From contig JAHQWG010000009.1 of NCBI GenBank assembly GCA_029856045.1, forward strand, positions 1 to 54,017: DNA of 54,017 nt. The letters run 5' to 3'. The notes under the pieces are model-generated. The model saw nothing but the letters and a program-made list of their open reading frames with translations. It was not told the DNA's origin and did not search any database. The translations under genes and the position numbers were made by a program. Origin of the DNA: Promethearchaeia archaeon (GTDB taxonomy: Archaea > Asgardarchaeota > Lokiarchaeia > Sigyniarchaeales > SOKP01). Positions 10,187 to 19,916 of this stretch are shown here, in pieces; the stretch's first letter is position 1, and the number at the start of each line of letters is the position of its first letter.

Positions 10187-10906
10187 TTAAACTTGTTTTC
10201 CAACCCCGTAATATACCAGATAAGCACCGACAACAATCACTATTCCAGTTAAACCAAAAACGAGTCTAAAAGTTTCATTATCTAAAAAATTATTAATACA
10301 TGTTCCTATAGCAACGTACCAGAAAAAACACATACCAAGTGTGAAAAATCTCCATTTTTTTTGTAAGCTTTTATCTTCAAATTTAAAAAAAACTACTACA
10401 CATAACCGATATGTTATTCCGATAGTTATTCCAATTATTGTAAGTGTATAAATTACAAAACCAAGGCCCCAAACAGGGGCTAATTGAGTTCCATCAGGTA
10501 GAATTTCCACTTTTGCACCATAAGGTGGTGGTATAAAAAATAGAACAGATAATATTGCTGCATAGATTAATATGATAAGGATTTGCTTTCGAGTATTAAT
10601 AATTTTCTCGGATTTATTGACAATCATAATAAAAATAAGTAGAAAAGCCATAGATAAGACGATAAAATAGATTGTAAAGATATTCAAAATTCTTGCCAAC
10701 TCTTGTAGATTTGGATCTTCAATCGGTGCATAAAAAAAATTTATAACTAGACTCGCTGCTACAATTAGAAAATATAATGCGAATATCTGATTTAACCTTT
10801 TTTTGCGATTTCTTTTAATTATTTTATACCCAATAAAAAAAAAGAAAAGACAGACTGCTCCTTGGATTATATATACTTGCAGAATCCGGGTAAGGGACAT
10901 TACCAT
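10187..10906 (-). CDS. Stand-alone seven-transmembrane protein (putative receptor-like)
   Basis: Seven hydrophobic segments counted by eye, separated by short basic loops (KRNRKKR, NKSEK, EDKSLQKK); no soluble catalytic domain. Confidence 0.7.
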   Translation of the reverse strand: MVMSLTRILQVYIIQGAVCLFFFFIGYKIIKRNRKKRLNQIFALYFLIVAASLVINFFYAPIEDPNLQELARILNIFTIYFIVLSMAFLLIFIMIVNKSEKIINTRKQILIILIYAAILSVLFFIPPPYGAKVEILPDGTQLAPVWGLGFVIYTLTIIGITIGITYRLCVVVFFKFEDKSLQKKWRFFTLGMCFFWYVAIGTCINNFLDNETFRLVFGLTGIVIVVGAYLVYYGVGKQV

Positions 10907-11153
10907 AATATTTCACTCGTATAAAATCAATTTTACATTTGTTATATAATATTTTGAAATTAGATTATATAAGCTTATTTATCATAGGATTAAAAATAAT
11001 AATTAGCACATTATTTCGCTTTTCACATTATTTTAAATTATTTTCTATTAGATATTTTAAAATCAAAATGATAAGGTTTAATGAAAAAAGGAATAAAATC
11101 GAATAATAAAAAACTTATTTCATAAAAAAAAATCCATTAATTTTTAAAACGTT

Positions 11154-12134
11154 TTAATATTCTTCTCTCCATTTTGCTTTACAGAAGCCACATCTCCATT
11201 TACGTCCATAAATCCTTGGATAAGCTAATAAAATTTTATCTCTATCTTCAGATTCATGGATCATGGCTTTATTTGCATTATCACAGATAGGGCATCTTCT
11301 CCTACCTTCTGGTTTTTTGATTACTAAAATTTCCATTGGTTCTTTAATTATTTTATTGATAATCTTTTCTTCTTTTATTTGCTCTGTAAGTTCAATTATT
11401 TCTTCTCTAATTTTCAAATCATTTTTAATCTCTATTTGCATTTCACTATAAGCATTCTCTAAATTTAATACTCTGGAAGTTCCAGATCCGTGAGTCAGGG
11501 TTATGATTGGTTCAATTGGTTTTTCTTTTGATTTTTTAAAATCAACTAAATTTTTGTGTGTTATTGTTTTTTCAAATAATTTAGGACTTGTAAGTTTCAT
11601 TTTAAAAACATAATCTTTAATGATTTTATTAAAAATCTCATTTAAGTCATCAAAATTTTTCAAATCTGCTTCGAAACAATATAAAATGTTTAAATCTAAC
11701 GACTTTTTGATAATTTGGTCTCTATCGATTTGTATACCTGTTGAATTTCCATAATTTATCCCAACCATTATTATTGATTCAGAAAATTCAAATACGTTTA
11801 TAATTTTATCAAAATCTTCCTTTTTCAGAAATTTAAATGAATCAATATCATGAATATCAAAAATTAAAAGTAAAGAATTGATTTCTTGAATGATATCACG
11901 CATTTCTAAGATGTTTAAAAATGTATTGATTATCCAAATCTTAATTATTAGAGAAATATTATTATACATTAAGGATTTTTCATATTCAAGAAAATTTTTT
12001 GTATCTCCATTATCAAACTCTCCCTCAGTCAATTTAAAACCATAAGTGCGAAGAAATTGTATGGATTTTTCGTAATTTGAACCAATGAGTAAAACTTTTA
12101 TTGTTGAGGGATTCTTTTTCAAATATTGACTCAA
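11154..12134 (-). CDS. Degenerate Ras/Rab-like GTPase domain fused to C-terminal Zn finger
   Basis: Segments IKVLLIG, IKIWIIN, LLLIFDIHDIDSF, IIMVGIN and YCFEAD occur in small-GTPase order, but G1/G3/G4/G5 consensus residues are lost; C-terminal RRRCPIC...YPRIYGRKWRCGFC. Confidence 0.6.
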   Translation of the reverse strand: MSQYLKKNPSTIKVLLIGSNYEKSIQFLRTYGFKLTEGEFDNGDTKNFLEYEKSLMYNNISLIIKIWIINTFLNILEMRDIIQEINSLLLIFDIHDIDSFKFLKKEDFDKIINVFEFSESIIMVGINYGNSTGIQIDRDQIIKKSLDLNILYCFEADLKNFDDLNEIFNKIIKDYVFKMKLTSPKLFEKTITHKNLVDFKKSKEKPIEPIITLTHGSGTSRVLNLENAYSEMQIEIKNDLKIREEIIELTEQIKEEKIINKIIKEPMEILVIKKPEGRRRCPICDNANKAMIHESEDRDKILLAYPRIYGRKWRCGFCKAKWREEY

Positions 12135-12289
12135 CCAAAAATTAAAGAAATCTACTTAACATTATTTTTAGTAAATAATTGCTTTTAATTTTTTCTTCAA
12201 AAAATAATAATTTATAATGAGTAATCTTAACATTTTTTAGTCTATCTTTATTTAATTTTATTATATAATAGTTAGATGTATCAAATTAA

Positions 12290-13207
12290 ATGAAAATACT
12301 TCCTCCTGAAGTTATAGTTATACGTCCGCCAGTTGAAGCATATTCCTTATTAATCGCTGTAACTGGGGGCTGTTCTTGGAATTCCCAAACTGGTGGTTGT
12401 AAATTTTGTGGGACATATAAAGGAATTTATGGAGGAATACAGCCATATGCTATAAGACCATTGGAGGATGTTCTGCAGAATATTGATAAATATGGTAAAT
12501 TGCATTATGACGGGTTTCCAGTCTTTTTAGCTGGAGGTAATCCTACTTCACTTCCTACTGAACACCTAGCTACAATTATAAAATATATAAGAGAAAGAAT
12601 CAAAAATGTTCCTAGAGTGAGCTGTTATGCAAGAGGATTAGATATTTTAAGAAAATCTGATGAAGAATTAAAAATATTAAGTGAAGCTGGACTTGACATT
12701 GTTTATATGGGATTAGAGAGTGGATCTGACATAATATTGCGGATGATGAGAAAGGGTATAAATTCAAAAGGATTTATTAAAGCAGGAAAAAAAGTAATGA
12801 AATCGGGAATAAAATTGTCTCTATATGTAATTTTAGGATTAGGTGGTTATAAATATACTGAAGAACATGCAATAGAAACAGCGAGAGTTCTTACCGAAAT
12901 AAATCCAACAATATTTAGATTTCGAACCCTAAATGTTTTACCAAATACAGAGTTATATAAAGAAGTACAAGAGGGAAAATTCAAAATATTGAAACCTGTT
13001 GATGCATTAAAGGAAGAATATAAGGTTGTTGATAATTTAGGACCCAACGTCACATCAGCATTTAGAAATGATCACATATCCAATTATTGCGATGTAGAAT
13101 CAGAGAATATAAAAGAAGATCGTGAAGTTGTTTTAAAGATATTAGATTCATTTATTAATGATCCGAGAATTAAAAATATGGAACCTAAAAATCTAATTTA
13201 CATGTAA
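12290..13207 (+). CDS. Radical SAM protein (IRPPxEAxSLL-type family)
   Basis: IRPPVEAYSLLIAVTGGC...CKFC, VFLAGGNP, VYMGLESGSD, YVILGLGG, FRNDHISNY; Cys motif is C-x8-C-x2-C. Confidence 0.8.
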   Translation: MKILPPEVIVIRPPVEAYSLLIAVTGGCSWNSQTGGCKFCGTYKGIYGGIQPYAIRPLEDVLQNIDKYGKLHYDGFPVFLAGGNPTSLPTEHLATIIKYIRERIKNVPRVSCYARGLDILRKSDEELKILSEAGLDIVYMGLESGSDIILRMMRKGINSKGFIKAGKKVMKSGIKLSLYVILGLGGYKYTEEHAIETARVLTEINPTIFRFRTLNVLPNTELYKEVQEGKFKILKPVDALKEEYKVVDNLGPNVTSAFRNDHISNYCDVESENIKEDREVVLKILDSFINDPRIKNMEPKNLIYM

Positions 13208-13319
13208 TTTCTCCTTTTTTAAAAAAATTTTTAGAGTGTAAACAGTTATATTTTTAACAGTTTATTTATTTTTAATAATTTATTTAAGAAAAGAAAAGAA
13301 ATTTAATTGGTTTTTTCGA

Positions 13320-14798
13320 ATGGCTGGAAATTATAGAAAAAAAATATTAGCCGATCAAGGCTATATGCATGCCTTTGATGATGTGTTAATAAAGCCCGGA
13401 TTTACAAATTTTGATCCTAATGAAGTAGATATATCGAGTAGTTTAGGTCCATATAAATTTAATATTCCAATAATGTCAGCGGCAATGGATACAGTTACAG
13501 GAGTAAAAATGGCAATTCAAATGGCATTATTAGGTGGTCTTGGAGTACTTCATAGAAATTGTTCTTGCGAAAAGAGACTTGAAATGGTTAAAAAAGTTAA
13601 AAGAGCCCGCTCCTATATAGTTGATGATGTAGCAACTATTTTTCCAAATTCTCCATTACATGAAGCAATATCTAAAATGGAGCAATTAGGAATCAGTGGT
13701 TTAGTGGTTGTTGATGACAATAATAAAGTTGAGGGGATCCTTACTTCGAGAGATATACCTTTCGACGCAAAGCTGAAAGAAGACGGCTTAGTAAAAGATG
13801 TTATGACAAAAGAAGTAATCACCGGAAATATTGGTATTTCAAGAATAGAAGCTGCTAAAATGTTATATAAGTTTCGGAAGGAGAAATTACCAATAACAGA
13901 TGAGGAAGGAAGGTTAGTTGGGTTAATTACAAATAAGGATCTTAAACCAGATTTTCCAAAAGCTTCTCTTGATAAGAGAGGTCGGCTATTATGTGCTTTA
14001 GCAGTTTCTCCCGTTATGCCTCTTAATGTTAAAGAAAGAAAGATATTTGAAGAAATTGTTGAATATACGGATATATTCTTTATTGATGTTGCAGATTTTT
14101 ATAAAAAACAAGATATTGAGAATACTAAAGAAATAATGGAAACTTTTGACGTTCATTTTATATTGGGGAATATTGGGACTTTTGAAGCAGCTGAATATAT
14201 TTTAACAAAAGTTGATTATGACAGAGATAAATTTATTGCATTAAAAGCAGGAATGGGGTCTGGTTCTATATGTTCAACATCAATTCAAACTGGTGTTGGT
14301 GCTCCAACTTTATTTGCTACAGCTCAAATTGCAGATGCAATAGAAAAATATGATCCAAAAATGGGTTTAATTGCAGATGGTGGCTTTAAAAATTTAGGTG
14401 ATTTACCTAAGGCATTTACCGTTGGAGCAAATATGGTAATGACTGGGCATTTTTTTGCTGGGTGTGTTGAGAGTCCAGGGTTTGTGGATACAATTCAAGG
14501 TCGTAAGGTTAAAGTTTATCGAGGTATGGGAAGTAAAGAAGCAAGATATGTAGCGGGAGATTATATTGTTGATCGCTATTCTGAAGAAACAAAAACATTA
14601 CCAGAAGGTGTGAGTGATTATGTACCTTTTGTTGGGCCCGTAGAAGGGGTTATTGAACAAATGAAAACAGGAATCAAAAATGGGATGATTTATGCTGGGG
14701 CAAAAAATATTAAAGAGATGAAAAATGTTGAAATTGGAATTATTACAATGAGTGGTAAATTAGAAAGCGAGCCTCACGATTTAATTGGTAAAAGGTAA
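13320..14798 (+). CDS. guaB: IMP dehydrogenase with CBS pair
   Basis: FDDVLIKP, PIMSAAMDTVT, GGLGVLHRN, catalytic GSGSICST, IADGG, YRGMGS, PEGV. Confidence 0.92.
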   Translation: MAGNYRKKILADQGYMHAFDDVLIKPGFTNFDPNEVDISSSLGPYKFNIPIMSAAMDTVTGVKMAIQMALLGGLGVLHRNCSCEKRLEMVKKVKRARSYIVDDVATIFPNSPLHEAISKMEQLGISGLVVVDDNNKVEGILTSRDIPFDAKLKEDGLVKDVMTKEVITGNIGISRIEAAKMLYKFRKEKLPITDEEGRLVGLITNKDLKPDFPKASLDKRGRLLCALAVSPVMPLNVKERKIFEEIVEYTDIFFIDVADFYKKQDIENTKEIMETFDVHFILGNIGTFEAAEYILTKVDYDRDKFIALKAGMGSGSICSTSIQTGVGAPTLFATAQIADAIEKYDPKMGLIADGGFKNLGDLPKAFTVGANMVMTGHFFAGCVESPGFVDTIQGRKVKVYRGMGSKEARYVAGDYIVDRYSEETKTLPEGVSDYVPFVGPVEGVIEQMKTGIKNGMIYAGAKNIKEMKNVEIGIITMSGKLESEPHDLIGKR

Positions 14799-14899
14799 TG
14801 GTATTATTTAATTCAATTTTAATTATTTTTCTGATTTTTTGAATTTAGGATTAAGATTTTTAAATTATTTTAATAATAAAAGATGAAATTGGTATAAAT

Positions 14900-16498
14900 A
14901 TGCAAAAAATTCAAAGAGCATTGATTAGTGTATATGATAAAACCAGTATTGTAGAATTCGTTAGGATATTAGTGGATGAATTTGGAATAGAAATATTATC
15001 TACAGGTGGAACGGGAAATCTATTAGAAAAAAATGGGATCGTTTTTAAAAAAATCTCAGAATATACACAAACAGATGAAATGTTTAATGGTAGAGTTAAA
15101 ACCTTACATCCAAAAATCCAGGGGGGCATTTTATTTCGACGAAATATTGTTAATGATATTAAAGATGCTGAAAAATATAATATTCCTTCAATTGATTTAA
15201 TAGTTAGTAACTTGTATCCGTTTAAAGCCGTAATTTCTAAGCCTAAATCTACTTTAACAGAAGCTTTAGAAATGATCGATATTGGAGGCCCAACAATGAT
15301 AAGGGCAGCCGCAAAAAATTATCCAGATGTAGCCGTTATTACTAATTCTAAAGATTATCCACTCATTATAAAAGAGCTAAGGGAAAATGAAGGAGCAATC
15401 AGTGAAAAAACCAGGGCTCTCCTAGCTCAAAAAGTTTTTACTATTATGGCAGAATATAACGCAAATATTGCAAATTATTTACAAAAAATTAATTTCCCTG
15501 ATGAAAAATTTGGAGATAATGTAATAAAAATATATAAAAAAGTGCTTGATGTTAGATATGGAGAAAATTGGGATCAAGATGCTGCATTGTATAAGGATCT
15601 CTCAGCAGACTTAGGACTTCAAAATATTAGACAGATATCAGGAAAAGAAATCTCGTTCAATAATTATTTAGATATTGATGCATGCATGCAAGTTCTTTTA
15701 GAGCTTAGAACAAAAGATTACGTTTGTTCAATTTTCAAACATACAACTCCAAATGGAGTTGCAATAGATAGAAAAAGTCAATTGAATGCAGTAAAAAGAG
15801 CTTTTAACACTGATCCTTTATCTGCTTTTGGAGGAATTTGGGGATTAAATAAGGAATTAACAGTTGAGATTGCAGATTTTATTGTGAATCAAAAGAAAAT
15901 TTTTGTAGAAGTCCTACTTGCACCAACGTATGAAGAAGGTGCTTTAAAAATTCTTAAATCTAAAAAAAATATGAGAATTCTTGAATTTGGAGATCTATTG
16001 AATAAAAGAGTAAAAATATATAAAAATCCAGAAATAAGGAGTGTGCTTGGGGGAGTTTTATTTCAAGATTATGATTTTGGTCCTATAATAAAAGAATGGA
16101 AAGTTGTTAGTAAAAGGAAAATCTCTAAAGATGAAAAAGATGCATTGATTTTCGCCTATGAAATATGTAAATATGCAAAATCAAATTCTGCTGTATTTGC
16201 GAAATGGGACCATGATGGAATCTATACTGTTGGGATAGGAGCAGGGCAACAAAGCCGAGTTCATGTTGTTAATTTGGCACATCAAAAAGCCTTAGAATTT
16301 GGGCATGACCTTTCAAGTAGTGTAATGGGTACAGATTCTTTTTTTCCTTTTCCGGATGGATTAGAAGCTGCAGTAAAAGCTGGTGCTATTGCAATAATTA
16401 ATCCAGGAGGATCCATTCGGGATAATGAAGTTATAAAAAAAGCAGATGAATTTAATTGCGGATTAGTATTTTGTGGCAAACGGGTGTTTCGACATTAA
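14900..16498 (+). CDS. purH: Bifunctional AICAR transformylase / IMP cyclohydrolase
   Basis: RALISVYDK, STGGT, GRVKTLHP, IDIGGPTMIRAAAKN, RYGEN, SFNNYLD, DPLSAFGG, GAGQQSRV, DSFFPFPDG, PGGSIRD. Confidence 0.95.
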   Translation: MQKIQRALISVYDKTSIVEFVRILVDEFGIEILSTGGTGNLLEKNGIVFKKISEYTQTDEMFNGRVKTLHPKIQGGILFRRNIVNDIKDAEKYNIPSIDLIVSNLYPFKAVISKPKSTLTEALEMIDIGGPTMIRAAAKNYPDVAVITNSKDYPLIIKELRENEGAISEKTRALLAQKVFTIMAEYNANIANYLQKINFPDEKFGDNVIKIYKKVLDVRYGENWDQDAALYKDLSADLGLQNIRQISGKEISFNNYLDIDACMQVLLELRTKDYVCSIFKHTTPNGVAIDRKSQLNAVKRAFNTDPLSAFGGIWGLNKELTVEIADFIVNQKKIFVEVLLAPTYEEGALKILKSKKNMRILEFGDLLNKRVKIYKNPEIRSVLGGVLFQDYDFGPIIKEWKVVSKRKISKDEKDALIFAYEICKYAKSNSAVFAKWDHDGIYTVGIGAGQQSRVHVVNLAHQKALEFGHDLSSSVMGTDSFFPFPDGLEAAVKAGAIAIINPGGSIRDNEVIKKADEFNCGLVFCGKRVFRH

Positions 16499-16689
16499 AT
16501 AATATTTCTCACTTTTTCAATAATAACGCAATTAATTCATTCTTTTTTAACTAACTCTTAAAATCAGCATAAATGATTCTTAGATTAACTTGAAATAAAA
16601 GTTTAAATAATTTACGGTGTAAATTAATAATGTTAAATAATTTATTATATAATATTAGGTAATTACATTTTCTTGAGGGTTTTTTCTCC

Positions 16690-16986
16690 ATGGACTTCTT
16701 TATCGAAAATTTAAGAGAAACTATTGATGCCATAAATAAAATAATTGACCGAAAGATTAGTTACGTCGATGTTAAGAGAATTAGAAAAACAATTAATGTT
16801 AAATCCTCAAATAGGTCAAAAATTAATTTTATTTGGCGTTCCTTGAAAGTTCTTGAAAATGATGGAATCCTTAGATGCAATGGAAGTAATAGCCCTAAAA
16901 CTTATAAAATTGTAAAATTGCAAAAAATAGATATTGACAGTCTATTAAATAAAGTTAAAGGAAAGAAAAAAGTTATTAAAGTTTAA
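16690..16986 (+). CDS. Small basic winged-helix-like DNA-binding protein (putative)
   Basis: Lys/Arg-rich 98 aa; SLKVLENDGILR...PKTYKIV resembles a recognition helix followed by a wing. Confidence 0.5.
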   Translation: MDFFIENLRETIDAINKIIDRKISYVDVKRIRKTINVKSSNRSKINFIWRSLKVLENDGILRCNGSNSPKTYKIVKLQKIDIDSLLNKVKGKKKVIKV

Positions 16987-17182
16987 TCCTACTTATTTGT
17001 ATCTGATTTCTAAATAATTATTACTTTATATTAAAAATTTAATCAAAATACTTTATGTTTTTAGGTATAAATTCCATTCCCGAGAGGTTTTTGTTTTTCA
17101 ATAGAGAATGATATTGTTCAAGATTTAAAATTTCGAGTGAATAAAAAATAAAAGATTTAAAAATTTAAAGATAAATATAGTT

Positions 17183-19894
17183 ATGGATATTAATCCTAAT
17201 GACTTTATCGATAAAAATTTAATCAAAACTATTAATAAACTAAATAAATTTATAGATAAGGACAAAAAAGAGAAAATTAAGGAAATTATTGAAGAGTTAG
17301 AGCAATTTACAAAAGTCGATCATCTTAATATTCAAGCCTTATATATTTTAAGTATTCTTGCGGAGAAATTTCCACAACTTTTCAATAGAAACAACATAGA
17401 ATCCATTAAAGAAAATCTGGATTCCAATAATGTAAAAGCAAAAATAAATACGTTGATAATTATTGGATTTTATTTACGTGAAAACCTTAAAAAAGAAAAA
17501 GTATTAGTTAAAAAATTTTTAGATTATCTAAAAGAAGACAATAAAGAAATTGTTGAAAATATACTATTTTTTTTAAATTATTTTGCTGAAAATGAACCAG
17601 ATATTATTGAAAATAATAGTGATTTAATTTTCGATTTACTCCATAAAGAGAAGGATATTAATAAAATAAATATATTTTTAGAAATTCTTGATACATTTAA
17701 ACTAAGAAATCTTTCAGTAATATTGAGAGTTAGAGAGACATTAAAATATTTAATTCAAACCTATAACAATGAACATATATTAAAGAGAGCAATTGAAATA
17801 CTCTCAAAATTTATTCCTGAAGTTAAAAACATTGAATATTCCAAAATGAAAAAAAATGATTTATTAGAAAGAATTACAAACAAAATTTTACTGAAAAGAC
17901 ATAATTTGACCGTTAAAAATGGAAATCTAAAAAAAATTATTAATGATTTTAAAAAAAAAATAAAAAATACAATAAAAAATGAAGATATTTATTATTTCTA
18001 TATAAAGGACAAAGAGATACTATTTTTTATCGAATTTGAGAAATCTAATCTTTTACACTTTTTAGAAAATAAACGGATTTCCCTTGAGGAATTGCGAGAA
18101 ATTTTATCTGAAGTAATCGAAAACATTTCACAAATAAAGTTATTTTTGTTAAACTTAATTCAATTTAAATTTATAAAAGGATATGTTTCTGAGTTTTATT
18201 TTTACTCTTATGGTTATTTAAAAAAAGAGATATTTACAGAAATTGTGGATCGAGGTTTTATAGATTTAACTAAATATAGGCATATTGAGACTAATTTTAT
18301 AGAATTAATTCTTGGGGATATAAAGTCTGAATTAAATTACACATTATTATATAATAATTCTAAGAATGGTGTTTACTCTCTCAAAAAAATTATCGAAGAT
18401 ATTTCCCATTTAGCCTCAAAAGAAAGTATTATAGATATGAAACAGTATCACGGATTATTTGATGATAATAATTTCTTAAAAATTATAAAGAAACTTCCCA
18501 AAGGTTATTTGACAGATTATCATATAAGAACAATTTGGTTAACTAACGTTGGAAAAACAAAAATAGTAAATGAATTTGAGAACTCTAAAAAAATTGGTTT
18601 TTTTGATAAGAAGAAGATTAGTGAAAAATTGAGTGTGCCTGAAATTCTTCTTGATTCATTTATCCATTCAATCCTAAAGTCACAATTAGGTTTTTGGGAT
18701 AAATTTCAAGAAATTTTCTATTATTCTAAATATATCCAAGACCAAATAGACAAATTTAAAAACATTGCAGATGAGACGATAAAAAACCAGAAAATTAATT
18801 CTTTGGCACATAAATTAAATATAGAGCAGGACCAAATTCAATTAAAAATTGATGAGGAAATTCAAAAATTTGGTGAAATAATTAAAAATAAAGGAGAGAT
18901 AAGTATTATGGAATACATGGATAAAATGGGGATGAATTCTAAAAGATTTTTTAATTTCATTAACAGTCTAAATATTACTTATTTCAAAAAAGGTGATATG
19001 CTTTACTTAAATGAGGATAGAATATTAGATATAAAAAGTGAAGTTAGAAAACAGATAAAGCTTCAATCGAAATCTCAATCTCAAATAATTTTAGGGAATT
19101 TTAATATAGAAATGTCCATCGTCAAAGAAATTATTGAAGATTTAGAACAATCGGAGAATTTAAAAGGTATTTTTTATGAAGAAGAGAATCAATTAATCTT
19201 TTATACTAAGAAAGGAATTAATGACAAAATTCTGGATTCTTCTGATATTTTCTCTATAGATGAATTATTTCCTGGGAAAAAATTGAGTAAAGATGAGTAT
19301 TTATTGATTGAGGATATTATACAATCTCTGATTAAAAATAAAACTCTTATTGGAACATATGATATATCGAATCGCAATTTTGTAAGTTCTGATATTGAAT
19401 TTTCAACAAATTATAATGATTCTATTAACCAATTTGTAAATTTAATTGATTATTATTGCTCAATATTCAAAAAAACGTTTGAATCCATAAGAAAAATATT
19501 AACAAAAGATAATGAGATCATTCGACCAGCTGAAGTTACTTTTATCCAAAAATCTTTTGATGAAATAATAAAATCTTATGTACGTTGGCGCTCCCAAATA
19601 AACATAATGAAATTTAAACAAACATCCTTTTTTTTAAGACAACAAGGTATAAGCTCTAAAAAAGAATTTGAATTATTATCTGAAGATGCTAGAAAAGAAA
19701 TAAAAGATTTTAAAGAAGAACAACTAATTAGAGAAGCAGAAGATATGTTTAATGTGTGGGTTAAATTATTTAAAGAATTGGAATTAAATTATGGAAAATT
19801 GATTTTCTATCAAAAACAAATATTAATTAAGCCAGATGATAAGGAAATCAAAAAAAAATTAGAGGAACTCTATGATTTACTTGATTTAAAATAA
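17183..19894 (+). CDS. Large hypothetical protein: N-terminal HEAT/ARM-like helices, tandem winged-helix-like units, C-terminal helical region
   Basis: Uninterrupted 903-aa ORF; amphipathic helical repeats in the first ~230 aa; recurring 'aromatic-T/S...E/KI...G(F/E)I(D/S)' units. Fold is inferred. Confidence 0.55.
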   Translation: MDINPNDFIDKNLIKTINKLNKFIDKDKKEKIKEIIEELEQFTKVDHLNIQALYILSILAEKFPQLFNRNNIESIKENLDSNNVKAKINTLIIIGFYLRENLKKEKVLVKKFLDYLKEDNKEIVENILFFLNYFAENEPDIIENNSDLIFDLLHKEKDINKINIFLEILDTFKLRNLSVILRVRETLKYLIQTYNNEHILKRAIEILSKFIPEVKNIEYSKMKKNDLLERITNKILLKRHNLTVKNGNLKKIINDFKKKIKNTIKNEDIYYFYIKDKEILFFIEFEKSNLLHFLENKRISLEELREILSEVIENISQIKLFLLNLIQFKFIKGYVSEFYFYSYGYLKKEIFTEIVDRGFIDLTKYRHIETNFIELILGDIKSELNYTLLYNNSKNGVYSLKKIIEDISHLASKESIIDMKQYHGLFDDNNFLKIIKKLPKGYLTDYHIRTIWLTNVGKTKIVNEFENSKKIGFFDKKKISEKLSVPEILLDSFIHSILKSQLGFWDKFQEIFYYSKYIQDQIDKFKNIADETIKNQKINSLAHKLNIEQDQIQLKIDEEIQKFGEIIKNKGEISIMEYMDKMGMNSKRFFNFINSLNITYFKKGDMLYLNEDRILDIKSEVRKQIKLQSKSQSQIILGNFNIEMSIVKEIIEDLEQSENLKGIFYEEENQLIFYTKKGINDKILDSSDIFSIDELFPGKKLSKDEYLLIEDIIQSLIKNKTLIGTYDISNRNFVSSDIEFSTNYNDSINQFVNLIDYYCSIFKKTFESIRKILTKDNEIIRPAEVTFIQKSFDEIIKSYVRWRSQINIMKFKQTSFFLRQQGISSKKEFELLSEDARKEIKDFKEEQLIREAEDMFNVWVKLFKELELNYGKLIFYQKQILIKPDDKEIKKKLEELYDLLDLK

Positions 19895-19916
19895 ATATAT
19901 ATATGAAAATTAAGTG

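Noticed and set aside
10187-10906. 7TM protein as a microbial rhodopsin
   Set aside because: No retinal-binding Lys within TM7 and no rhodopsin TM3 motif.
13239-13266. Short AACAGTT direct repeat upstream of guaB
   Set aside because: Too short and AT-rich to distinguish from chance, and I did not see it upstream of purH.
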